Positions 36,586 through 48,776 of a stretch of DNA of 64,000 nt are shown piece after piece (position 1 is the first letter of the stretch; each line of letters begins with the position of its first letter). The notes below the pieces were generated by a model that had not been told where the DNA came from, searched no databases, and saw only the letters and a program-made list of their open reading frames with translations. This stretch comes from Leucoraja erinacea (lineage: Eukaryota): assembly GCF_028641065.1 (NCBI RefSeq), contig NC_073384.1, positions 51,398,001 through 51,462,000 on the forward strand. Direction: 5' to 3'. Position numbers and translations under genes: made by a program.

Positions 36586-37494
36586 CGATACAGTTGATAT
36601 GACAAGCTCAGTCCACCTAACTCTTCTCTATTTTGAACAGACATTGGTCAGTGATCCCCACAGGCAGTTGAGGATGTTGCACTTTTCAAAGTGGCTTTGA
36701 AACGCACTTGAATTATTTCCTCTGTTCACCTGATACAGTAAAGGAGCTCAAAGCCAAGAGCCTGTGTCAGGAATCCAGTGTCAGAGAAGTGAAGTGTGTG
36801 GCCTACATAAAATTACTACTGAGGCCTCAATGTTGATACCTCTTTGGGAGTGGATACAAACCTGGGTTTGGAGGATTTTCTGGAGACAGTGTTGATGGTA
36901 CTTTTCTAATGCTTTTAAAGTGGGCACTGTATATAATCCATGACTCAAATATCAGAAACTTGGAAGCCAGTTTCTATGTAGCAAATTCCATCAAGCATCA
37001 ATGTGATTAGAAATAAAAAAAGTGTTTCTTGTAAGGGATTAGACATAATGTGCTTAACCTGTGATGGCTCAGCTACTTGGTGATGATACAAAGTATAGAA
37101 AAGATAATAAATGTGTAAACCAGGAACTGCATAGGTTGGGTTATAGACGTGGCTTGCCAAAGAAGACTCAATGTGCTGGAGTAGTACAGTGGGTCGGGCA
37201 GCATCTAGGGAGAACATGGATAGACAATGTTTTGGGTCAGAATTCGATGTCCGTGGTGTAAAATAGGTGTTTATATCATTGTACAGCATTGGGCAATGAG
37301 AGAGCGAATTTGAAGAGACACTGATTTGATGTCCCATTTTGTACCTCTAGTGAGCTGGAATTCTCCCCTTTTTTAAACAAAATATTGACTCTCCAAATAT
37401 TCTACTCAGTTGCACACCTCTCCTGATGGTGTTGATTCCATAATAAAGTACAATTCCACAGATACACTCCCAAGTTATTTTTATTATTATCCAT

Positions 37495-38435
37495 CATGGC
37501 CGTCCGAAGGTGGGGTGCGTTGGGTGCGACCGCACCCCCCTTTTTTTCCCTTAAGAAAAAAGTCACACAAAAAATACAACAAAAAAAATCTGAAAAAAAA
37601 ATTTAAAAATCTGGAAAAAAAAATCAACGTTTCCACTTTAGAAACGGCCAGTTCTCTGTTCTCAGGCTGAATCTGAACCCAACGGCTGTAACCCCAACAC
37701 CAGTCGCTGCTGCGGTGGAGCCAGCTCCCCTCGCCTCCCCCCCCCGCCGGGGCAAAAGCCATCTCCCCCCCGCTGACCCCCCCGCTGGGTCCACGCCACC
37801 CCCGCTGGGCCCACGCCACCCCCGCTGGGCCCACGCCACCCACGCTGGACCACCGCTAGGCCCACGCCACCCCCGCTGGGCTCATGCCTCCCCCACAACC
37901 CCCGCTGGGCCCACCGCTGCTGGGCCCTCGTCACCCCCGCTGGGCCCACGCCACCCTCGCTGACCCCCGCTGGGCCCACGCCACCCTCGCTGACCCCCGC
38001 TGGGCACACGCCACCTCCGCTGGGCCCATGCCACCCCCACTGACACCTGCCTGGTCCCTGCCACCCCCACGGGGCCCACGCCACCTTCATCCCCCCCGCC
38101 CGCTGGGCCCGCGCCACCTGCATCTTCCCCCCCCCCCCCCAAGAAAAAGGGGGGATGTGAGAGGGGGGGGGGGGGGGAGAGAGGTGGTTGGAGGGAGGAG
38201 AGAGAGATGGGGAGGGAAAGGGGGATTACCTTGAGTGAGATTGCAAAATTAAGGTAGGTTTTGGAGCTATTAAATTTTCTCCTCCATATGAATAATATTA
38301 AACAATAATATCAAACAATTGGAACTGCTTTCTTTTCGATAATAATACTGAAAAATATGAATTCCATAGTTTGTGACATAAATACACACTTTAATGGGAT
38401 CATTATACACAGATGTAACATTTCCATCTTGAGAT
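37495..38435 (+). mobile_element. Probable non-autonomous hAT-like element (left end only) containing a GC-rich minisatellite
   Basis: Starts CATGGCCGTCCGAAGGTGGGGTGCG..GCGACCGCACCCC, typical of hAT MITE ends. No right TIR or TSD was found. Confidence 0.4.
37765..38120. repeat. GC-rich minisatellite, unit of about 20 bp (CCCCCGCTGGGCCCACGCCA)
   Basis: More than a dozen degenerate tandem copies are visible. Confidence 0.9.
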
Positions 38436-38529
38436 CGGGGGGGGGGGGGGGGGGGGGTGCCGGGGGCAAATACGCGACAAGCCGATAGCCTAATCGTTAA
38501 AGAGTTAAAAGATAGCCTAATCGATAAAG

Positions 38530-39140
38530 TGCTGAGGAGAGGAATCAGAGATGCCAAGGAAAGATACTCTGAGAAGTTGAGGAGCAAGTTCTCAGCTAGT
38601 GATTCTTCTTCAGTTTGGAAGGGCATGCAAGAAATCACCAGCTATAAGAGGAAAGCCCCCCCGCTCTTTGGGCAATCGTCAGCTGACGAACAACCTGAAT
38701 GAGTATTACTGCAGGCTTGAAAATCAGAAACGTAACCCTGAAACCCCCTCCCCAACAGACACAGCCAGACCCCAGTCTGCAAAGAATGGACCCTGCACCC
38801 TCTCCTTCGCATTCACCACTTCACACCTACTTAAGGCAAGACTCCAGTATGAAAAGAGTGGAACCTTTCCCACTCCACCCAACACGTCACATCCACTTGC
38901 AGCCTGACCTCAGTCTGCAAAGACGGTTTCTTGGTCCTCCAAAATATTCCAAATGGAATTTAAACTGGAGGTGATGAAGGGAGGGATTAAGGACTGGGCC
39001 CTTCTACACCCACTCCACTCCAATCACCACTCCACTCTAATCACCACTTCACACCCAATGACTGCACCTCCACAGACACCTCTGTCAAGCTTCTCAAGTT
39101 TGTGGATGACAAAACCCTGATTGGACTGATCCAGGATGGG
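38530..39140 (+). mobile_element. Degraded Rex1-like fragments
   Basis: LRRGIRDAKERYSEKL..DSSSVWKGM and YTNDC..VKLLKFVDDKTLIGLI remnants. Confidence 0.7.
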
Positions 39141-39870
39141 GATCTCTGTACTCTTTTCAGTTTGACATATTTCCTATAACATGGTGCCCAGAACTGAACA
39201 CAATACTCTAAATGCGGTCTCACCAACGTCTTATACAATTGCAACATGACCTCCCAACTTCTATACTCGATACTCTGACTGATGAGGGTCAAAGTGCCAA
39301 AATACGTTTTGACCACCTGATATACCTGCGACACGACCTTCAAGGAACCATGCAACCATCAACCATTCCTCTGCCCACCTGGCTAATTGATCCAGATCCT
39401 GCTGCAATCTTTCACAACCATCTTCACTATCTGCAAAACCACTCACTTCTGTATCATCAGCAAACTTGCTAATCTTGCCCTGTTATGTGATGTTTCAGAG
39501 TGCTGGAGTAACCCAGCGGGTCAGGCTGAGTATAGAAGTTGGGAGGGTCATGTTGCAGTTGCATAAGAAGTTGGTGAGGCCGCATTCAGAGTATTGTGTT
39601 CAGTTCTGGGCACCATGTTATAGGAAAGATGTCATCAAACTGGAAAGGGAAACAGTGAAGATTTACGAGGATGTTGCCAGACCTAGAGGGCCAGAGCTAT
39701 AGGGAGAGGTTGAGTAGGCTGGGACTCTATTTCATGGAGCCCAGGAGGCTGAGGGATGATCTAATAGAGGTGTATAAAATCATGATTTGAATAGATATTA
39801 GTTGAGTCTTTTGCCCAGAGTAAGTGAATCGAGGAGCAGAGGCCATAAGTTTAAGGTGAAGGGCAAAAGA
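39141..39870. mobile_element. Two CR1 fragments in opposite orientation (39141-39480 minus, 39525-39870 plus)
   Basis: [21 protein letters not shown] appears on both strands. Confidence 0.85.
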
Positions 39871-40794
39871 TTATGCTATCTATCTATGCCTCTCATTATT
39901 GAATATACTTCTAGCAGGTATCCCCTCAACCTCTGACATTACAGGGAAATGTTGTCCAATTTTGTCCAATCTCTCCTTGATATTGTGGCTGGCAAGAGGA
40001 TGAATTGGGGTAATTCTTCCAGTGCATTCAAGGCCAGCTGCAGGAGGTGCCCCCGGGAAACAAAGATGCCGGGCAAGGAGAGGAGAGGGACTTTTGTTTG
40101 CAGGCACTGCTCCAGTACATCGAACATGCGGGGCGACCAGTCTTGGGACTTGGAATAATTATGCCAAAAATGGCACGCCAGCATGTGTAATATATACTAA
40201 AAGAATTTCATATGTGACATATTACCACTCTTTCTCCGAGTGTTGCCACTTTCAGGGAGCCATGGATATCAACCCCAAGATCCCATTAGAAAACCAAAGA
40301 GTGAGACTTTCTGATGAAGTATAATGTTATTGTTAAAAATAGGGATTCATATTTTTGATCCATTAAGACATTTAATATTTCTAATTTTTAATTTTTACAT
40401 TGCTTAACAGTTTCTTTGAAAATGTACTCCACAAAAAATAATGGTAAATGCCATAATTAAATTAAAGTGTAGGACAAATGAGAATTTTACATGCAATGTA
40501 TACCAGTGGATTTTAACACATTAATTGATGGCTGGAGAGCCCCAAAGATCAGAATAATCCCTGGTTTAAGCACAGTCAGTAGACAGAATTAGAAATATTA
40601 TTATCATTTAACAAAGAAAATAACCAATAAGTTTTTGCATTTATTTATCATAATCACTCATTATATATCACAATGCACAAATTTTATTTAGTTATATTTT
40701 AGCACCTATAATATTTATACATATGTTCAAAGCTGGCAACAGACCTAGGCCAGGATTTTGGCCCAGAAGATCATGCCAGGTCTTGCAAATATAC

Positions 40795-41530
40795 ACGGGT
40801 TGGTTAGTAACTTTGCAGATGACACCAAGATAGCTGAGGTCATTGACTGTGAAGAAGTTGTAAAAGTATACATCGGCATAAAGATCAGCTCTAGAAATGG
40901 ACGGGCAAATGGAGTTTAATCCAAGCAAGTATGTAATGTTGCACTTTGGGAGGTCAAATGTAAGGGGAAAATATACAATTAATGGCAAGACCCTTAACAG
41001 CAGTCTGAAGAAGGGTGTCGGCCCGAAACGTCGCCTATTTTCTTCGCTCCATAGATGCTGCTGCACCCGCTGAGTTTCTCCAGCAATTTTGTGTACCTTC
41101 GATCTTCCAGCATCTGCAGTTCCTTCTTGAACCCCTTAACAGCATTGATGTACAGACGGATCTTGCGGTTCAAGTCCATAACTCCATGAAAGTGGCAACA
41201 CAAGTCGATAAAGAGTGGTAAAGAAGGCATATAGTATGCTTGTTTTTGTATTTGGGGCATTGAGAACATGAGACAGGAAGTTATACTGCAGCTTCATAGG
41301 AATTTGATTAGGCAGCATTTGGAGTTCTGGTCGCCCCATTACAGTTAGGATGTGGAGGCTTTAGAAAGGGTGGAGAGAAGGTTTGCTCGAATAACGCCTG
41401 GATTAGGGGGTATTAGCTGTAGGGGGAGATTGGACTGACTTGAATTTTTTTGACTCTGGAACGCTGGCGGTTGCGGGCAGACCTGATAGAATGAAATTAT
41501 GAAAGGCATAGACGGGGTAGACAGAACCTT
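40795..41530 (+). mobile_element. CR1 fragment interrupted by a short Penelope unit
   Basis: FADDTK, VLHFGRSN, DLGVQVH and LERVERRF remnants. Confidence 0.8.
41003..41132 (+). mobile_element. 130-bp Penelope terminal-repeat unit with a hammerhead ribozyme-like core
   Basis: CTGAAGA-AGGGTGTCGGCCC-GAAAC-GTC core and a 12-bp TSD CCCTTAACAGCA. Confidence 0.8.
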
Positions 41531-41989
41531 TCCTAGATCACTTAGTGTATTGGTCAACAGGTTCAAGGTCACGCCCATCCTGGCTGATTTGCTCTTCCTG
41601 GTCCCCATGCTTTCCTGCTGAATAACATAGCTGGCCACTTCCTAAATCGAGGTGGGGTTGACCTGTGGTCATCCACAAATTGTTTGTAAATCTAACTAAA
41701 TTTAAATTCTACTGTGAGCCCAGAAATCAATGTTTCCTTATGGCATCTCATGCTTCCGAAGGTATGTGTAGGAATGTGTGAGAGTGTGAGATTGCATGCT
41801 AATGCATAGGTCTCAGAAACAGTGAATGACACTTTACATAATTGGGAAATAAATCTAGAGGGAGGGTGACTGAAATGACTGAAATGTTTCAAAAGGACAA
41901 TTAGGGGTTGACAATAAATGCAGACTTTGCTGGAGATGCATGCACACCATAAAATAATTCCTTGATATAAAACGGTTCACATGCAGATT

Positions 41990-43230
41990 TAACTAGATTA
42001 GTTAATGATGATTGGGTTTTGCGCCCAGGACCGGCGGGATGAGTGTCTCTGGGCAGCACTGAGATATTGCAATGTGTTGAGACGAGGCAAGCCTGGCCAC
42101 TTTACTTCCTGCTTTGCAAGCGAGGTCCTGACCCGCACATCCCGGCGGAGGGTTTTTTCCTCCGTTTTCGCGATGTTCACTATCAGCGAATCAAGTCCCC
42201 CTGGAGCTTTTCTGCTCAGTTGGCAGAAACTTTAAAACGGAATAGCGAACGCCAGTCGTGAACCAGGCAGCCGCCAGGCAAACTTTGCGACGGGGCACTA
42301 CATTCTCCTGAACATGGCCGCGCAATGTTATCTGTTTACAGGATGCAACGCGCCGTACTGTAAAAGGCTAAAGTGTCGCGGCTGAGACAGGGGAGTCACC
42401 GAAGGGGAAACTTTTTGCAACAAATTAACTCATTTGCACCACGAAGAAATAAACAATCAGCTCCCAGTTTGGCTCTTGTCGCCTTTTCGCTGCATCCAGA
42501 AGCGGGGCAAAGGGATTGCATGCGATTGCAAGAGGCAGGTGAGAATTCTGGGCTATTTTTGGATGATGGTAAAAAGATGACTTTTACTGGGGTTGGATTT
42601 TTTTTTTCTCCCTACACGGCGTCGGTATGCAGCAGCGGGGAGAGGCCTGGCATGCACTTTGTGCTTTACAGCTGCACTGGGCGATTAGATGGTGCACTTA
42701 CCTGGCTGGGGTGCAAGCCTGTCAAACCTCTCTTGACATTGGCACCAGGCATCACGGGGCTGAGCGCCGCGCTGCGGAGCGGCGGGGGGGCGGGGGGCGC
42801 TTGGCCAAGGAGCGGTTGCAACCACAGGCACCGGTGCTGCTGCTCCTTTGCGCACATTTTTTTTTAATTGTGTGCGAGCGCTTGGTGCATGCTTGCAAAG
42901 GTTGGAAAGTTAACTGACGCTCGCATGTTGGCACTGAAGAAGTCATTTTCAAGGATAGTTGGAGGAAGTTGATTGCCTTTTCTCCTTTTCCCACCCCCCT
43001 CTCCCCGCAATAACCTGCCTTTACTGAGCTTGTTGCAACACTGCAAGGAAGGGGCGGGGAGTTACTGGGTGTACAGTTCTCATTGAAGTTGAAAGCAGAA
43101 GTCGGTCTTGCCCAAAAGACATGCTGTTGGATTGTTTTTTGGGTTGGGACAAATTCTTCGCAGGGAAATAGAACGAAGACTCATTAGCTCTTGAGTAAGG
43201 TGTGCACACTCTAAGGGCAATGACAGTCAG
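41990..43230. promoter_or_regulatory. CpG-rich, repeat-free region: candidate promoter or first exon of an unidentified host gene
   Basis: High CpG density against an AT-rich background, a GC box GGGGCGGGG (about 43051), ETS-like ACTTCCTG, and a consensus minus-strand donor CAG|GTAAGT at 42702/42701. Confidence 0.55.
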
Positions 43231-44197
43231 GTGAACATGTCACTGCTGGAGTGAATCAAACGTGAATTGAGTTGGCTTTTCTGCATTTATTTAATCGCAT
43301 CGATGTCGTGTATGTCTAACACAAACTTGTGCACTTATGGTTGAAGCGTCCTTTCCTTATGTGAAACCTTTGAGGAGAAACCCGTGTGGACTGCAAAGAG
43401 TAGACAAAAAGAAACTTCGGATTTGAAATATATATAATCGTCTCCTGAGATTTCAGATTTTTGATTAGGCTTTGACAAATGTACTGTTGATTACATTTTT
43501 GCAGGATTGAATTACATTGTGCAGATGTCAAGGCAACGACTAACAATTCAAATTGGAATATTGTCAAATATTTTGCAGAAGTCTGTAATGTTGCAGATAT
43601 CCTCGCTCGCTGAAAAACAATTGTTGATATTGTAGAGTGATACAGTGTGGGAATAGGCCCACTGCCTAAATCCAAACAGATCATCAATCACCCATTTATA
43701 TTAATCCTATCTGAATCCCATTTTTATTTGTTAATTAACAGTGGCTAATTAATCTATTAACTCACTTGTCTTTAAAGGAAGCCCACACAGTCTCAGGAAG
43801 ATCGTGCAATTTGGCTAGGACAGTACCTGAGGTCAAGATTGAATCTGGGTCTCTGGCGATACTGGGCAACAGCTCTACTTGCCATGTCGTCATGCATTCC
43901 TCATGAAATATCCATAAGGATATTTTCCTTAATAAACTTACTTTCAGATCAAGTTGTGTCGAAAATTACAATAAGAAAGTTTCTCGCGAGCCCATTACTT
44001 TTTTTTTCACTATAAGATCATCCTAAACTCTAATTGGATCTCAAACTATATATTTAAGGATTTGGTTTATGTCGTACCATCTCAAATGTGAACACTCACT
44101 TTCTCTGCAAGAGCAATACATTCTCAAGATTTGAAGCTGACAACTGACAGTAGAATTCCAGCTGCAATCCAAACCAGATGTCCACACAACTATAAAC

Positions 44198-44436
44198 CAT
44201 ATTTCACACAGAGAATGGTGAATCTCTGGAATTCTCTGCCACAGAAGGTAGTTGAGGCCAGTTCATTGGCTATATTTAAGAGGGAGATATATATGGCCCT
44301 TGTGGCTAAAAGGATCAGGGGTTATGGAGAGAAGGCAGGTACAGGATACTGAGTTGGATGATCAGCCATGATCATATTGAATGGCGGTGCAGGCTCGAAT
44401 GGCCTACTCCTGCACCTATTTTCTGTGTTTCTATGT
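44198..44436 (+). mobile_element. CR1 3' end
   Basis: FTQRMVNLWNSLPQKVVEA and the same 3' UTR family as 233-770. Confidence 0.9.
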
Positions 44437-44715
44437 ACTACCACCTTGTATTGTTGTGGGCATTACATTCTGATAATTAGTTTGGGCTGATGTGATTTAC
44501 CTCTTGGTTGCATTAATCACAGGGCTAGACTTATGGAAGATGGGTAAACTAGTTTTGCAAGAAGCGTTGGAGAGCATTTTAAAGCCTAATTGTCCATGTG
44601 ATTTTTCTTTTGTTGAGATTCAATGATGAATACATTCCCATAATCTGTTCAATTCTGAATTGTAAGATTTAAATGCAATTACAGTGTTTGAAGGTATTGG
44701 TATTGGTGTATCATT

Positions 44716-44876
44716 ACATACATCCTTGATTACAATCAAACCAGACATGGGTAACATGGTTACATTCAGACAAATCACGCATTACATAATTACAATCAAA
44801 GCATACATGGATAACATGATTACAATCAAACAATACATGGATAACATGATTAGAATCAAATTATATATGAGTAACT
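44716..44876. repeat. Tandem repeat with a unit of about 30 bp (GATTACAATCAAA..ACATGGATAACAT)
   Basis: About 5 degenerate copies are visible. Confidence 0.75.
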
Positions 44877-46431
44877 TGTCAGTCTGGAATTTACACATCC
44901 TGATGGTTTGTGTGGTTTTGGAGGGGATAATATTTGCACATATTTATTGTCCTTGACATTCAATGTAGTGATAATGGATTTGAGAGGTTTTGTTTATAGT
45001 CATAATGGCACCCTGGATTTCTAACCACAATTATAAAATGTAGTGTTTTAAACAACCTTTTGACTTGTGGGACTACAAGTTCATACAACAGCACAGAAAG
45101 AGGCCCTTTTGTACATCAGGCCCATACCAGCTAACGTGAGCAGTCTCCTCAATGCCATTCTTGCTCTCCTTGTTTTCCTGCACCCCTGAAACATAAACGC
45201 CTGCCATTCTTAACCCCCCCCCCAATTGTTTCAGTTTTCCATGAACCTGCATTTTAGGATCATTTGTTGCTGCCATTCCATCAACTGGAAAGTTGTTTTG
45301 ACATGGGGCGAAATTGGAGCATCTTGAAGAAATCCAGATGTTCATGGAGAGAATGTTCAAACTGCCCAGACAGCACACAAGACCAAGATTAAACCCAGGT
45401 CACCGGAGCTGTGAGGCAGGGGCATGGGTGCACATCTCTGCTTTAATTAAGTGATAAATACTAACTTAAAACAAACGCATGCATTTTGTTTTGTTTGAGA
45501 AACGACTATGAATATCTTTCTGAATTTTGCACAACCCGTTGTATCTTGTGTTGACATAATTTGGCTCACTAACTAAGGAAACAAGGAATCAGACCAGGTT
45601 TTTGGGCACATGGGAATTCCTGTGCTCTCCAGGAGCTCTGCTTCTTTTCATCACTATTACATAGCACATGAAGTGCCAAGAAATAATCTGCATTTTTATT
45701 GTTCATATCATGCTTTGGATATTTCAAAGTATTTTGCAGATCATTAATTACTTCATGATGTATTTGGTGTGTAATTTGAATGTTTGCCATTTGTATTTTT
45801 TGGTTCTTCCATCATGAATCAATAACAAGGGGCAATGAGTTGAATCCAGTTCTTTGGCAATAACTCTTCCCAGTTTTTGTTGAAATATAATGATCAGGAT
45901 TGGGGGAAAAAATTATCTTCCTATTTGATGTTCTGTTGAGATGCAATTACACAAATATCTTCCTATGTTTCATGTGATTGGGATAATATTTAATGTTGAT
46001 TAAATTTATAACTTGGAATTGATGGTTTACAGTAACTTAACCATTTAAGTATACAGCCATTTTTATTAGTTTCAGAAACATCATTGATAAGGATTGTTGA
46101 CAAAGCTATAGGTTTATTGCAGGTTTTTTTTCAAAATTTGGAGTTTAACTATCCTGTCATAAGGTTGGCATAAATGTTAGTCAATTAATACAGCAGAAAA
46201 CAAGAAAATGGTTAATCGATTGGCCCTGATGGTTACCTGACATAACTTGCTCTTTCCATTTGCTGCTTTAGTATCTGCTCAGATGGCAGTATTGTGTCTT
46301 TTCATCTTTAATGAAATCACTTACAGCAATAAATGATTGGTAAGGGTGACGAAGTTTACGGGAGAAATATACAAGCCATGATCGTATAGCAGAGCAAACT
46401 TGATGGGCTGAAAGTCCCAATTCTGCTCCTG

Positions 46432-47938
46432 CAGTGCCCTCCAGAATGTTTGGGACAAAGACCAATCATTTATTTATTTTCCTCTGTACTCCACAATTTG
46501 AGAGTTGTAATAGAAAAAAAATCACATATGGTTAAAGTGCACATTGTCAGATTTTATTAAAGGCAATTTTTATACACTTTGGTTTCACCATGTAGAAATG
46601 GCAGCTGTGTTTATACATAGTCCCCCCATTTCAGGGCACCATAATGTTTAGGACACGTGGCTTCACAGACATTTGTAATTACTCAGGTGTGTTTAAATGC
46701 CTCCTTAATGCAGGTATAAGAGAGCTCTCAGCACCTAGTCTTTCCTTCAGTCTTTCCATCACCTTTGAAACATTGTATTGGTGTTTATCAACATGAGGAC
46801 CAAATTTGTGTCAATGAAAGTCAAATGCCATTATGAGACTGAAAAACAAAAATAAAACTGTTAGAGACATCAGCCAAACCTTAGACTTATCAAAATCAAT
46901 TGTTTGGAACATTATTAAGAAGAACGAGAGCACTGGTGAGCTTACTAAACACAAAGGGACTGGCAGGCCAAGGAAGACCTCCATAGCTGATGACGGAAGA
47001 ATTCTCTCTATAATAAAGAAAACTCCCCAAACACCTGTCCAACAGATCAGAAACACTCTTCAAGAGTCGGTGTGGATTTGTCAATGACCACTGTCCACAG
47101 AAGACTTCATGAACAGAAATACAGAGGCTACACTGCAAGATGCAAACCACTGGTTAGCCACAAAAATATGATGGCCAGGTTACAATTTGCCAAGAAGTAC
47201 TTAAAAGAGCAACCACAGTTCTGGAAAAAGATCTTGTGGACAGATGAAATGAAGATTAACTTATATCAGAGTAATGCCAAGAGCAAAGTATGGAGGAGAG
47301 AAGGAACTGCCCAAGATCCAAAGCATACCACCTCGTCTGTGAAACACGGTGGTGGTGATATGGCCTGGGCACGTATGGTTGCTGAAGGTACTGGCTCACT
47401 CATCTTCATTGATGATACAACTGCTGATGGTAGTAGCATAATGAATTATGATGTGTATAGACACATCCTATCTGCTCAAGTTCAAACAAATGCCTCAAAA
47501 CTCATTGGCCAGCAGTTCATTCTACAGCAAGACAATGATCCCAAACATACTGCTAAAGCAACAAAGGAGTTTTTCAAAACTAAAAAATGGTCAATTCTTC
47601 AGTGGCCACGTCAACCATCCAATCTGAACCCAATTGAGCTGCCATGCCTTTTATATGCTGAAGAGAAAACTGAAGGAATACGAAACATGACTACTCTCAT
47701 TTACATAACATTGCTGTTCCCCAAACATTATGGAGCCCTGAAATGGGGGGTACTGTGTATAAACACTGCTGTAATTTCTACATGATGAAACTAAAATGTA
47801 TAAAAATGGCCTTTATTAAAATCTGACAATGTGCATTTGAACCACGTGATTTTTTTCTATTACAACTCTCAAATTATGGAGTACAGAGGCAAATAAATAA
47901 ATGATAGGTCTTTGTCCCAAACATTATGGAGGGCATTG
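46432..47938 (+). mobile_element. Tc1 transposon with long IR/DR-type TIRs; transposase frameshifted and 3'-deleted
   Basis: TIR CAGTGCCCTCCAGAATGTTTGGGACAAA / TTTGTCCCAAACATTATGGAGGGCATTG, with TA on the right (TG on the left) and inner direct repeats. Motifs GRPRK, ILWTDEMKI, QQDNDPKH and PSNLNPIE. Confidence 0.96.
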
Positions 47939-48776
47939 TATGTCTTATGGTCTAATAAAGTCAACATTATTGCACAAAGAACAGTAATATTATTTGTTTT
48001 GGTGTTTCATTCATTTTTTTAAGATTGTAATGACACGCTACAAACATGGCCATGAATGCTGCACGTTAATAGCCAAGCTTACACTTTATATGAGTATGAG
48101 GTTGCTTAAGTCTGCATGTTGAGAAATGACATCTATTATTGTTCATGTGTATTCAAAATCCAAATGGCGGTTAAAGGTGCACTGCATACTCAATTTAGCA
48201 GATTTGTTAGTCCTGTGGTCATAGCCTTGAAGCTTTGTAGCAGTTAAGAATTACTTTGTACTTGTGTTGCAGAATTAATGGAGACATTTTAAAATTCCAT
48301 GCTGGCCTGCCTTTATTCCAAATACAAGGTAAACCTGTAATTAGTCTGAAAGATCCATCTTAGTTCCTCTAACTCATTATTGAGATGACTCAAAACAAAT
48401 TTGGTGTCTGCCGTGAGCTGCGTTGCCCTGATTTCAAGCACTTTCCAATCTACGTTCTAAGGGAAAATGAGTCAGTTTGTAGCATTATAAATCATGTTCA
48501 ACCCAAAATGAGCTTCAAGTCCAATTTCCTGCTCCTCCCTTCCTCAAATCTTGAGATCTTTATCCATCGCTTCACAATCTCTGATTTGATTGTTTGAGCA
48601 GTGTCTTTACTGTCTTAAACTTTTTCATCTCTAACTTGTCAAAAATTCTGCTGTCTAATATATCTGCTCCTGTTTGTATATATTCATTGGCACTGGTAAC
48701 ATGCAAGCGATCATTCATCCCTGCTTTATTTTCGCTCTGCTATCCATGCGCCCTGCAGGTGTATTTGCTATCTTTA

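Noticed and set aside
37487-38234. Gly/Pro-rich ORFs
   Set aside because: These are translations of a minisatellite.
38483-38530. piggyBac-like end (TTAAAGAGTTAA) with duplicated GATAGCCTAATCG
   Set aside because: No matching opposite terminus was found.
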